Assembly: GCF_031769215.1 (NCBI RefSeq)
Contig: NW_026782361.1
Span: forward strand, 1,054,001-1,118,000
Source of the DNA: Ylistrum balloti
Taxonomy: Eukaryota
Length of the DNA: 64,000 nucleotides
Direction: 5' to 3'
Both the position numbers and the translations under genes were made by a program. Positions 23,865 to 37,378 of the stretch are shown here, in pieces. How positions within the stretch are numbered: position 1 is the first letter of the stretch; the number at the start of each line of letters is the position of its first letter. Below the pieces are notes generated by a model. That model saw nothing but the letters and a program-made list of their open reading frames with translations, did not search any database and was not told the DNA's origin.

Positions 23865-25730
23865 GTATTGGGCAGCCATTTCGGTATTTATCTACATAAT
23901 GTACCCATTAGATACATTGATATCACTAATTCTTTTATTGACATCCTGAATGAGCTATTAATATCACTAATTAGAATACGTGATATCACTTATCACCACA
24001 ATAATAGAAACCAATAATTCGAATTGATGACATCATTTACTGAATTATTGATATCAATAATTCCGATTAATGATATCAGCATGAATTCATTTGATCAGGA
24101 ATTAATTTCACACGATGTAGTGTCTCTTTTCAGCAAAACATCCACAGACAAAGCACTTGGTATCTTTCAGAGCCGTATAGAACAAGACCGGTCATGGCGA
24201 AAGAACATGAAACTATAATCTACAACAACATACTTTGCCTTTCGAGATACCATCTATCAGCAACGGTTTGGCACAGCTATGGCAGCCCAGTGTCTCCAAT
24301 TGTGGCCAGCTTATTCACGTAGCACACGGAGAAAGAAGCTATTGCCACGGCCCCGTATCATGCAAGCCCAGTCTGTGAAATGTTGATTGGAAATAGTTAA
24401 AAAAAAGATAACCGAATGATTTGACTGGGCATATCAATACTGTAGATACCACCAACAACATCAAATTCACCTGTAAGGGAAAATATCAATGGCACTTTGC
24501 CCATTCCTTGACACCCTCTTGGATGACGGTACTATCAAAGTATTGGTCTATAGTTAAAGAAATTCACATACCAATACCTCAACGTCCGATCGCACCACCC
24601 CTTACACCAGAAGGTGGGCGTTGTACGAACCTTGTTCAACAGATGTGAAACGATGGATACCGTAATTGGGCAATCCAGAAAGTTAACAATGAATTTGATA
24701 AAATCAATAAGACTACGAGACGAAACGCCAAGGAAAAGAACAAAACGAAAGGGAAAGTCGTATACCCTTACATCTATCAAAACCATTACGAGGATTTACC
24801 ATGGTCTTGGCATTGCAATAGCTACGAAACCACATTCAGACTCTCCGAAATGTCCTAATCCATCCTAAGGATAAAACACGCGAAGAGGACGTCGCAGAAG
24901 GCGTATACAAAATGGATGCAAGTACTGCGACGCATCATATATCAGAATAAACAGATAAGTGATTCCAGGTCCGACTCAATGAACATCAGAAATGTGCTGA
25001 ATTCCAATAAGGCAAAAAATCACTAGATCGAAAACATTATCAGTCCATGGTCACTAAATCTGCATTCACATATCATTCTGCACAGCAAAACCATATCATT
25101 GACTGAGAAAATTCCAAATTAGACAACAGGGAAAACAACCTTTTCAGGTGGTTGGATAAAGAAGCCTCCTGGATACGCCGCAGCGTGCCAGTACTAAACA
25201 TGGACGAGGGGGACAAAGATTCTGGTACATATATGACCAAGAGTTAAACAAAGCGTAGCCGAATAGACTGCAGTACAATGGTACAATGTGTATTTTTGGT
25301 CTATAATCTGTCTACCATCTGGTTACATTATTTTCAACCTTAGCATACAAATGATTATAGTACAGCCGAAAAAGTCGGTCTTCGGATTCCGTACCATTTT
25401 GTACATTACGTACTTCAGAGCTAGTACGCTCCACACTGGTCAGGTGACTGTGTAGTCATCGAAACGTCACACTCTGATATTCTACTGGTCGTGTTATAAG
25501 AACTATTCTGTTGACATTACTAACCCGAAGAAAATGTTGTTGTTTTTTTTTAAATCAAGAACTTGAATGAATATCACTAAATCGAATTAATGATATCAAA
25601 AATTTGGTGTATTTGGTGATATCATTTATTATTCTATTATTAGTTTTTTTTACATCATTTAAATCTATGATATAACTAACTGGAATTATTAACAGACGAT
25701 TTCAAATAGATACTAAAGCGGCGCCCTTAC
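23865..25730. mobile_element. GATATC-rich MITE split by a Penelope-like insertion (host arms ~23865-24093 and ~25556-25730)
   Basis: The same (t)gatatcact/aa(t) motif texture occurs on both sides of the PLE. The ends are degenerate inverted copies: gtattgggcagccatttcggtatttat versus the reverse complement gtaagggcgccgctttagtatctat. Confidence 0.55.
24094..25545 (+). mobile_element. 5'-truncated, decayed Penelope-like element (RT + GIY-YIG endonuclease)
   Basis: Motifs in order: LISHDVVSLFS; YQQRFGTAM-SPVSPIVASLF; NNIKFT; LPFLDTL; RSHHPLHQKVGVVRTLFNRC; GVYKMD-CKYCDASYI...FQVRLNEHQ; WIKEASWI. The YVDD motif is partly deleted and there are several frameshifts. The 3' end has a pLTR-like gaaacgtc motif. 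Confidence 0.9.
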
Positions 25731-25899
25731 GTGGTAGGGGAGATAACCTTGTCAATGGATTTTTATATATAGTAGATTGTATCACATTTGATTTCGTTTG
25801 GAAATTAGTTTCTTGTTTACACCTGTGAAGAACTGTTGATACATAAACTATATATTAAAAAAACCCACTATAGTCTTGGTTTGCCTAAATTGACTCAAA

Positions 25900-26100
25900 G
25901 ATATATATATCAGATATAAGATCCGGCGAGAATTTATCCGGAAACTACTTTCCTCTCCAAGTCCATGTTGATGTCCGTTTGTTTGTTACATGCGCTCATT
26001 CAAAACACATGAAAGACAGGGATTGAATGGGGTTTCAGCAGCAGTGTTGCTTCAAACTTTCTAAGATGAAAACCACGAAAATAACTTAATGATAGACAGG
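25900..26100 (+). promoter_or_regulatory. Candidate promoter/first non-coding exon upstream of the BTB-ZF gene
   Basis: CpG-containing patch with an ETS-like CCGGAA near 25938 and a donor-like cag|gtattc at 26100. Not confirmed. Confidence 0.3.
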
Positions 26101-27647
26101 TATTCAAGTGTTTGCTTTTGATACTCAAGAAGTCAGACAAAACGAAAAATTTAAAACAGAAATATATACATCTGCATGCATACTTAGAAATAGCTCGTGT
26201 TTCCAACCACAGGGCCATGTTATAGCTCTGCTTTAGCCTTTGAATATATGAGTATGACGTTCCAATGCAGAAACAGACTTGATAACACGTTCACTTGTAG
26301 GTGTTACTGAACCGACAGTGCACGTATCACGACGTGTTTACATCATTTTAGACGATTTTTTAGGAGACGAGTTCAGTATTCATAACACAGGTTGCCACGG
26401 CACAGGGAACATCCTGGGAGGGTGTGATGAGACTCCAACTCGTCTTCTCATTGCAGGAGATTTTTGTCCTTCCAACTGACTCATTGGTGTATCGTTTAAA
26501 CATTGGTTTCATTACAATGTATTTTGAAGTGGTCATTTTTTACCACACATTATGTCATAAAATACCGACCTTCCTCACTGTGTAACCTTGCACCTGTATG
26601 ATTTTGATGTGCCACTAACCAGAAGGGTTCTAACGTTCGATCTACAATTAAGATAAAAATAAAGTCGTGGATAGACAGATAGAACATGTATATAAATCCT
26701 TCACACTTATGTTACACTTGCGAATAAAACAAAAACTGATGATTTGTTCGCCACACAATATGAGACTTATGTTTTATCTGATAAACTGTGTTATTTCTTT
26801 AATGTTAAATGCAAATTAAAATATGTTCATATTGAAATAAGCAAAAGAATATGACTTTGACTAATACTTTTCCCTCTGCTAATGATATCTTTAAGACATC
26901 ACATCTAAGAAGGTAGCAGACATTTATGCCCAAACTTTGCTTGGGAAAGTGTACAGACGTTCCAGGTCAACCTGTCAAACTGCTTATCATTATTTAAATG
27001 ACTGTGCAACATGACTCATCTATTCTAAGTCTGCTCCTTTAAATATATATAGATGTAAGAAGATATATGTAAGTTGATCATGAATAATAAGCAATTCCTC
27101 CTTGCAATATTTTTGCTATGAAAGTCCAAACATGCACATCTTATATTGGAAAATATTGATTAAAGATTATCATTTTTAATGACATTTTCATCAGAGTTTA
27201 TCAGTAAGCTGTAGACTGACAGACACAAAAGAATGCTTTGTGGTGTGAAAATAAATGAATTTAGAAATGTCGCTCTTTTGGATAAAAAACACCAAACATT
27301 TTCAACTTTAAAAAAACTATTTTCAAAAGGTGACACATACAAACACAGCTACTATTTTTACAACAAGGTGTTATTTTGAAAATTTCTTCATTGAAATGTC
27401 ATTCCCATTCAAAACGTTGGTTCTATGTATGGTCTGCATCTCTGGGCCTTATTATGATTATTCAAGTGTCTCTCTGCTTTTGTGATGCCACCAGAAAATG
27501 AAAGTGCATTAACATTTCTAAAATGCATAACCTCCATTTCAGGTGAGCAAATTTGAGGTGGTATCTGTGGAATATCTTTTCGTAAATATTGGTCATTCAC
27601 TAATCAGTTTATTGAATAAATTGTATAATGTTTTTGTTTGGTTGCAG

Positions 27648-27713
27648 TTCATTTGTGTAGCTTTCAAGATGCAAATCTTAAAAGGGTTGGAAACTGATGT
27701 TCCAAGGATGCAG
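27648..27713 (+). other. Candidate 5'UTR exon of the BTB-ZF gene (contains a uORF start)
   Basis: Strong acceptor tttttgtttggttgcag| and consensus donor CAG|gtaagt. There is an ATG at 27669. Confidence 0.5.
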
Positions 27714-29135
27714 GTAAGTCATGAAATAAATGCTTTTTAAAACTAACCACTTAAAATGACACATATATATAATGAAAATAACAAATGTACATTTAGCAAT
27801 AGTATGTTTTATTGATTACTATTCAATAAACCATACAATACATAGGGTAACCCAATCAACAGTCACAGTGAAATCATGCGAAAATAACTATATAAGTGAA
27901 AATACTTTTAAAATGTGCTCACCTGTGTTTTTCTGATGATCAATGTTATCAATGACAAGATTGAATAGTGGAAAAGTCTGTCAGTTTGTACAAAAATTAG
28001 ACAAAATATTTTCAAACTTTTCATTTGCAATGTAACATATGGTTTACCCCCGGTAGATATCTCACCCTGTGAATGAAAACATAATGCTTTGCCAGGTTAC
28101 TTTTAAAGAGCAGTTATTTATGACTTGCTTGAAAACAATATAAAGACAAAGTTCACAGGAGAAAAGTCCTCTGTAATGAGAAGACACAGATAAGTCTTGG
28201 TGCATCCTCTTAAATACAAGGATCTCCCAACCTTCAGTAATGACGCCCTATGTTGTATACAATTTGTATCTCTCATAGTCTTAATTATTCTGATGTCTAC
28301 TCAACTTTTCTTTTTTTGTTTGGAATCAATTAACTCAAGGCCAGTAAATAAAAGTTGAGAGCACATAGAATAATTTGGATTAAAGCTCTCTAAAGGTCTA
28401 GGAGTGTTGTAAACATGTAGCTTTTCAGTCCTGTCACACTTGTCATTATACATCTGTTACATATTCAAATCACTTGTCCAACAATAGGTGAAAATTAACT
28501 TATCGGAAATTAGAAATTAATTAAAAAAAAAAAATGTAAAATAATTTTTTGATTTTTCTGATTTAGTTACTTCTAGTAACAATTAATGAATGAAAAAGCA
28601 TAATTTCTGCTTCATATTTAATATTTAAAATTCAATAATATTCTCTCTAAAATAAATGAAAATGAATAATAGTATGTAAAAATACTGTTTTCTGTACAGA
28701 AGTAAGAGTAATCCTTTCAGTATCTCATCAAGTTAAAGGAAGGGAAGTAGGCTAATGTATTCATATCTTACAAACTTGCATTGTGTGTTATATAAAAAAA
28801 CTACACCGGGGAGCTGTAGGCACACTATGCTCTTGTTAAATTGGAAAATCAGTATGGTTTGATAAGAATCCTTTATTCAAAAAGAAAAATTTGAAGAAAA
28901 AAAGGATACGAAAAATAGGATAATCAATACTGATGATATTTGTTGCTCAAATTTTATCTCATTTTCATTTAATAAAGCTTTAAATTGTATTGCATGAATG
29001 ATTATATATAAATTATATTTATATTTAAATGAATGAGTATATAAAATGATTATGAAATATAATTTTGAATCTACATATTGTTTTCTGTATTTCAGGAAAT
29101 TCTACTTGCATTAAAGCCATAACTGGTATTGCAGT

Positions 29136-32100
29136 ATGGAAGAGAGAGTTTTTCCTGTGGAGATCGAGGTGCCAGGCTTCCAGTGTGGGTTGATGGAAAC
29201 CCTGTATGGACTATGGCAAAGAGGTCAGCTGTGTGATGCTGTGATACATACAAGCAATGGTAGTGTAGAGGCTCACAGAGCAGTGCTGTGTGCTGCAAGT
29301 CCGTACTTACATAATATGGAGGTGAGTGACAGACAGCAGTTCAGAGTGTCACACTACCACCTACAAGTTGGGAGGCTAGAGGATGTTACTGTCATACTCA
29401 GGTTGTTCTACACAGGAAAGTTTGCTGTTTCATCAGAAAATGTTGAGAACCTAATGCAGCTTTGTTTGTTTCTACAAGTAGGAGAGGCTGTGAAAGTATG
29501 CCAGAGATTCTTTAATGGATGGCATTCTCAGAAAGGACAAACTACTAGAAACTTACCTGAAAGTTTGTTTTTACTAGAAAATAAACTTGGTCTAAGAGAT
29601 GGATCACCAAATATTCCTGTAGGTGTCAGCATCCAAGGGTACTCCCAGCTACCCAATACAAGTCCCCATAACAGTCCTGGTACAGAAAGTGTGCAGCAAG
29701 ATCAACTGAATGTTCATACAGATCAACACTACACACATGTTGACAGAAATCAACAGGCAGCTGTAGATATGAGCAATGCATATGATGTTCACATGTGTGT
29801 TTCTCGGGAAAATCATATTTCATGTGACAGTACTCGTCATGAAGGTCAAAGGTCACCTGTAACTATCTCTTCTCAAGAGTTAACATTTCTGCAGAAAGTT
29901 AGGAGATCAGACCCTGATGATTCTCTTGATGGACAAAGATCAATGCAAATTCCAAATGACTGTGATGAAGACACTGAGAAATTGGCTTCTTGTCTGTTAG
30001 CAAATGATGTTGACAATTTGTCAAATTCATCAACTTCAGATACACAAGGGTTTGTAAATTCATCTTTAAGTGAAGATGTGACAAAGAAAGAAGGAGAAAC
30101 AAAAAGAAGTCAGTCATCGCCCAATATCAACACTTCACCATTAAGCCCTGAAGTAGATGATTCTTACTCTAAGTTTAATTCTGATAACCTCACATCACAT
30201 CAGCAGTGGCCTATTAATTGTAGAGATGGCAATGAGAAAGTTCAAAATAGAAGCAGTTTTTCCCAGCACAAAAAACTTTGCCATTCAAAATCATCAACAT
30301 TTGACTCCTCCAAATCATTAAGTACAAATGATGAGCTAGGAAGTTCCTTAGAATGTAATGAGGATAATGTAAGTACCTTGTGTACTGATTCTGGAAATAC
30401 TATCAAAAAAATGGAAAAGACAATTGAAAGCAAAACTATAAACACATGTTCTCTTCGTTCGAATTTGAGATCTAAACATGGAAGTGAAAATTTGAAAAGC
30501 AACAAACATGCAAAGAAACAAAAATTAGGACCAACTTCAGATGGAAAGAACCAAGAGAAAGTTGATACCAGTAAACCTAAGGTACAGCGTGTTAAAGGTA
30601 GGGATCCTGTAAATATTGCAACTAGAACTAAGACAAAAAGAGGCAGCAAAGACACCAAAAAGCAGGCACAGGCAAATGTGATATGTACCTTATGTAAGTT
30701 GGTGTTTACTTCAAAAATGGAGCGTGCCAAACACAAGCGCGAGGTTCACAAATTAAAACCTGATGGTTATAAGTGTGCCGTCTGTAAAGGCACATTCTCC
30801 ACCCTACATCAACTTAAGACCCACAAAGAACAAGCCCATCCAGAGAAGATCAGGTGCTTTAAATGTGATGGTCACCCCTCTTTCTCTACAGTTAGTGAGC
30901 TTGAAAATCATCGTAGGAACCAGCATGTAAGAGATCAGACTATTATATGTAGAATCTGCAGAGAAACATTTGCAACAAGAGATGCTAAAAATGATCATGT
31001 AAAAAAGGTTCACCCTTATGGAAAGAACTGTCCTGAGTGTAATACAAAGTTTGATAACTGGAAACATCTGGTTGACCACAGAAACCACAAACACAATGTT
31101 CCCTTTGAGGCGAACAAATATGAAATCTTTTCTTGTGATATAGAGGTAAGTTGTAACTGTTATCTGAACTGCTATTTAGCTTTCATTTAAGATAAAGAAA
31201 ACGAATCTGTGTTTTACTAGAGTATGATAGATCCTAGATCTGTACAAACATTTTTACTAATAGTACTTTGTGATTTTACTGATGGTGAATGCAAAATTCT
31301 AAGGTTAATTTACATAGATAAACATTGTGGGATATCCTTAGTATGTGGGATAATCTCTGTATAGTGATTACCCTGTGTATAATGATAGCCCTCTATATAG
31401 TGTGAATCCTCTGTATGTATGGTAAACTATGTATAGTGATGATCCATTGCATACAGTGAACATCCCCAGTATGTAGTGCTAATATTATGTATGTAGTGCT
31501 AATTTTCTGTTTACATTGATAATTCTCTGTATTTGATGATAATCCTTTGTATACACTGATAAGCCACTACATTCAGTGATATCTCTTGTATACAGTAATA
31601 ATCCCCTATAAAGAGAGATACTCCACTGTATAGTGATAGTTCTCCATATTTATGATATTGATTTTCATGAAAAAAAGCCAATATGGGTTTTAAAGTTAAC
31701 ATGATGAACCTTTGATTATGATGAAATTAACATATACATTTAACAGAATTGTGACTACCAGACAGTGGATAAATATCGGTATTTATGCCACAAGCGGGAT
31801 GTCCACTGCTGTGATCGGAGTCATACTTGCCTCACATGTAACTCCACTTTTAAAAGCAAGCGTGCTCTAAAGTCTCATCAGGAGGTGCACCTTGACCGTG
31901 ACCAAAGGAATGGCTCTCAGTGTGATCAGTGTGGCAAGAAGTTCCTCTCTGTTACTTACCTCAAGGTAGATAACTCTACCCCCATTGGACTACAGTATGC
32001 TAGTACTAATTTTAAAGTTAAAATGTAGACAACACTACCTTCATTGTATTATAAACTGCCTTGTCCAATGTTTAACTTATCGCGGGAATGACTATTTATA

Positions 32101-35100
32101 TTCTGATTTGTATTATATTATAATTATTTTTTTAACCCCTCATATTTCCCTGAACTATGTATAGAACTACTGTACATCTCTTTGATTATTTTGAACACAT
32201 TAGATACTTGTAGTTATCATCACAGAGCCTTACTTACAGACTCACATTGACACCATGCACAGCGAGGAGAAGAAACCTATAAAGAAGCAGTTCCTGTGTC
32301 ACCTTTGTCCGAACAGCTTCAGGGACAAACATTTCTTCCACAGTCACATGTTACGAGCACATGAGGTGGCTCCCCCTGCTGACCTGAAATTGTATGTAGC
32401 TACTAAATATGTACCATTTAATCTGTATTGAATTTGTCTTTACTTGGTTAATCTGTGCCTGTTAATATATGCCAGTCAATCTGTTCTGAATTTGTCTCCA
32501 CTTGGTTAATCTGTGCCTGTTAATATATACCAGTTAATCTGTTCTAAATTTGTCTCTACTTCGTTAATCTGTGGATGTTATTATATACCCGTTAATCTGT
32601 ACTGAATTTGTCTCCACTTGGTTAATCTGTGGCTGTTAATATATACCCGTTAATCTGTTCTGAATCTCTCACCACTTGGTTAATCTGTGCCTTTTAATAT
32701 ATACCAGTTAATCTGTTCTAAATTTGTCTCCACTTGGTCAGTCTGTACCTGGTTATATATACTAGTAAATCTGTACTGAATTTGTCTTCACTTGGTCAGT
32801 CTGTACCTGGTTATATATACTAGTAAATCTGTACTGAATTTGTCTCCACTTGGTCAGTCTGTACCTGGTTATATATACTAGTAAATCTGTACTGAATTTG
32901 TCTCCACTTGGTTAGTCTGTATCTGGTTATATATACTAGTAAATCTGTACTGAATTTGTCTTCACTTGGTTAGTCTGTATCTGGTTATATATACTAGTAA
33001 ATCTGTACTGAATTTGTCTCCACTTGGTTAGTCTGTATCTGGTTATATATACTAGTAAATCTGTACTGAATTTGTCTTCACTTGGTTAGTCTGTACCTGG
33101 TTATATCTACTAGTTAATCTGTACTGAATTTGTCTTCACTTGGTTAGTCTGTATCTGGTTATATATACTAGTAAATCTGTACTGAATTTGTCTCCACTTG
33201 GTCAGTCTGTACCTGGTTATATCTACTAGTAAATCTGTACTGAATTTGTCTCCACTTGGTTAGTCTGTAGTCTGTTAACTTGTAACAAATTATGTACAGG
33301 ATATTATAGATGATAGTATTTATATACTAAGTGTGTGCACAGTTAGTCTGACCTAGTTAGTCTACACTTTGTCTTATTCAAGGTTTTTTTTTCTGCAGTA
33401 GACAAAACTGACCAGGTTTTCCTCCATCATGTTAGTCTTGTCCAGTCAATATACACCCAGATAGTTTTACACAGTTCATTTATACTCAGATATTATTGTG
33501 TACCCAATTAGTTTGTACTCAGTTAACTGTTCCCAATTAGTATGTACCCAGTTCATTTATAATCAGTTTACTGTTCCCAATTAGTGTGTACCCAGTGCAT
33601 TCATACCCAAAGTGTGTACCCAGATAAGATACCCAGTCTGTCTCTACCCATTGATTCTTTATCTTTATCCTGTTTTCACAGTGACACTGTATACAGCTTT
33701 GGGGCTGCAATAGCTCAGTTGGTAAAACATTGGCCTATGTATCCTCAGTTGAAGATCTAAGGTGTGGAGTTCAGTGCTTCCATGGTGGTTTTTGTATCTT
33801 AGGAAGCTGAAAAACAGACTGGTCTATGCTAGCATGGTTGTGTCCTTATGCAAGACTCGTACCTCAATTGCTCTGGATATGTATCCAGTTAGTCTGTAAC
33901 CTTGCTGATCTGTACTTAGTCTGTATCCAGATATTCTGTACCCAGTCAGGCTGTCCCTAGTTAACCTGTACCTACTTAATCTATACCCAGTTAGTCTGTA
34001 ACCTTGCTGATCTGTACTTAGTCTGTATCCAGATATTCTGTACCCAGTTAGGCTGTCCCTAGTTAACCTGTACCTACTTAATCTATACCCAGTTAGTCTG
34101 TAACCTTGCTGATCTGTACTTAGTCTGTATCCAGATATTCTGTGTAGGCTCCCTAGTTAACCTGTACCTACTTAATCTATACCCAGTTAGTCTGTAACCT
34201 TGCTGATCTGTACTTAGTCTGTATCCAGATATTCTGTACCCAGTCAGGCTGTCCCTAGTTAACCTGTACCTACTTAATCTATACCCAGTTAGTCTGTAAC
34301 CGTGTTGATCTGTACTTAGTCTGTATCCAGATATTCTGTACCCAGTTAGGCTGTCCCTAGTTAACCTGTACCTACTTAATCTATACCCAGTTAGTCTGTA
34401 ACCTTGTTGATCTGTACTTAGTCTGTATCCAGATATTCTGTACCCAGTTAGGCTGTCCCTAGTTAACCTGTACCTACTTAATCTATACCCAGTTAGTCTG
34501 TAACCTTGTTGATCTGTACTTAGTCTGTATCCAGATATTCTGTACCCAGTTAGGCTGTCCCTAGTTAACCTGTACCTACTTAATCTATACCCAGTTAGTC
34601 TGTAACCTTGTTGATCTGTACTTAGTCTGTATCCAGATATTCTGTACCCAGTTAGGCTGTCCCTAGTTAACCTGTACCTACTTCATCTATACCCAGTTTG
34701 TCTGTAACCTTGTTGATCTGTACTTAGTCTGTATCCAGATCTGTAACCTTGTTACCCAGATCTGTACCTTGTTGATCTGTAGTCTGTATCCAGATATTCT
34801 GTACCCAGTTAGTCTGTCCCTAGTTAACCTGTACCTACTTAATCTATACCCAGTTAGTCTGTAACCTTGTTGATCTGTACTTAGTCTGTATCCAGATATT
34901 CTGTACCCAGTTAGTCTGTCCCTAGTTAACCTGTACCTACTTAATCTATACCCAGTTAGTCTGTAACCTTGTTGATCTGTACTTAGTCTGTATCCAGATA
35001 TTCTGTACCCAGTTAGTCTGTCCCTAGTTAACCTGTACCTACTTAATCTATACCCAGTTAGTCTGTAACCTTGTTGATCTGTACTTAGTCTGTATCCAGA

Positions 35101-37319
35101 TATTCTGTACCCAGTTAGTCTGTCCCTAGTTAACCTGTACCTACTTCATCTATACCCAGTTTGTCTGTAACCTTGTTGATCTGTACTTAGTCTGTATCCA
35201 GATATTCTGTACCCAGTTAGTACCTACTTAATCTGTAACCCCTAGTTAACCTGTACCCAGTTACTTAACCTGTACCTACTTAATCTATACCCAGTTAGTC
35301 TGTAACCTTGTTGATCTGTACTAAATCTGTACTTAGTCTGTATCCAGATATTCTGTACCCAGTTAGTCTGTCCCTAGTTAACCTGTACCTACTTAATCTA
35401 TACCCAGTTAGTCTGTAACCTTGTTGATCTGTACTGTATCCAAATTCTGTACCCAGTTAGTCTGTATCCAGATATTCTATACCCAGTTAGTCTGTCCCTA
35501 GTTAACCTGTACCTACTTAATCTATACCCTAGTTAACCTGTACCTACTTAATCTATACCCAGTTAGTCTGTAACCTTGTTGATCTGTACTTAGTCTGTAT
35601 CCAGATATTCTGTACCCAGTTAGTCTGTCCCTAGTTAACCTGTACCTACTTAATCTATACCCAGTTAGTCTGTAACCTTGTTGATCTGTACTTAGTCTGT
35701 ATCCAGATATTCTGTACCCAGTTAGTCTGTCCCTAGTTAACCTGTACCTACTTAATCTATACCCGGTTAGTCTGTACCCTGTTGATCTGTACTCAGTCTG
35801 TATCCAGTTAATGTGTCCTAGTTAATTTGTACCTCATTGGTCTGTACTTAGACACTCTATACCCAGTTATTCTATGCTAATATCTAATAATTCAATGTTA
35901 ACCCAATTTGTACTGATTTAGTACCTAGATTTACCAATACCATCTGTTTTTTTCAGGCACAGGTGTACACACTGTGATTTTTTTACTGTTCAGAAATCAC
36001 ATTTGAGAAAGCATATGAGGCACCATTCTACAGGTAATAACACACTAAAAATGATTAACTACAGTATAAATACTTTAGTACCATAAATAGTGTTACTGAA
36101 TTTGAAATACCTATCTACTATCTGCTCTGTAGGGTCACAAGACATGATACAGCTGAAAGTATAATACATATCTACCATCAGCTCTGTAGGGTCACAGAAT
36201 ATGATACAGCTGAGAGTATGATACCTGACTACCATCAGCTCTGTAGGGTCACAGGATATGATACAGCTGAGAGTATGATACCTACAGGCTGTCCAGCGTC
36301 CCTAAAATTCCTAAAAAATCCTAATTTCTTTCAGTTTTGCTAAAATTCCTAAAAAAATGAAAAATTCAAAGGGAATTCCTAAAAAAGCCCCAATTTTTCA
36401 CTTCAGTTCCTACTTTTTTTTATATTTCTTTCAATTTACTGAAAATACTTAAAATGTGTTTTAATGTAGTCTGTAGTTCTAATTTAGGGTAGACAATGAA
36501 AGGAAGTTGACCAGTGGATCTATGTACCCAGATTGTTATTGGTTGTGACTGAGTGACAGAGGTGTGATTCTTAAGGTCACAGCCAACAGCAGCTGGGACA
36601 CTGAAACCCTGGAAGACACCTTTCCTGCAATTAAGGCATTGTATGTTAGTTTCTATTTTGTCAAATTTGCAAAGGTAAGTCAGTTTAATGCTTTCATACT
36701 CCCTATTCTAGTTATAAAATTCCTAATTTTAGCCCTAAATTTGCCCTAAAATTTGTAATTTTAGCCCTAAATCTAGCCTAAATTTTTTGTCAAGAAGTGC
36801 TGGACAGCTTGTACCTAACTACCAACAGCTCTGTAGTGTCACAGGATATGATGCAGATTCCAATTTTTTTTTATCATTCTTAGGAATTGAGAAAATCAGA
36901 CCTTTTGTGTTAATGATTCATTGAATTTTTTTTATTTCAGAAGCAAAAGAATATGAATGTAACTCTTGTGGAAAGAAGTTTTTGACAGAAGATTGTTTGG
37001 GAAGACATATACAGAGACACCGTATGTATAAAGCAACATTTTACTGAAAAATCTTTTCCAGCTGAGGGTTATAAGTAGCCTATGTAATGACTGGGATAGA
37101 AATGCAATCATTTGACCTCATTCATATCATGTTTTGGAGTTCAATAAAAAAAGTTTGATAAGAGGGGATTTGTCCAAAATGGTTTGATCTTAAATTAGTA
37201 TTGATGTAGTATCAAATTATCTAATTAGGTTATTAAATTCCATATTACATGGACTCAAGTGTAAGATTATATGTATTACATTTTTGCTGGTGCTCTCTCT
37301 CTGTCTCTCTCTGTCTCTC

Positions 37320-37378
<59 letters not shown>

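Noticed and set aside
25273-25404. Possible tiny MITE (gtacaatggtac ... gtaccattttgtac)
   Set aside because: The inverted match is only ~12 bp, imperfect and made of a low-complexity palindromic motif, with no TSD.
26279-26660. GC-richer exon-like segments upstream of the ZBTB gene
   Set aside because: Frames end in stops on both strands and no protein identity was found. They may be UTR exons, but this is unsupported.
31146-31190. C-terminal extension of the 684-aa ORF (VSCNCYLNCYLAFI)
   Set aside because: This is intron read-through after the GAG|gtaagt donor. Splicing completes zinc finger 6.
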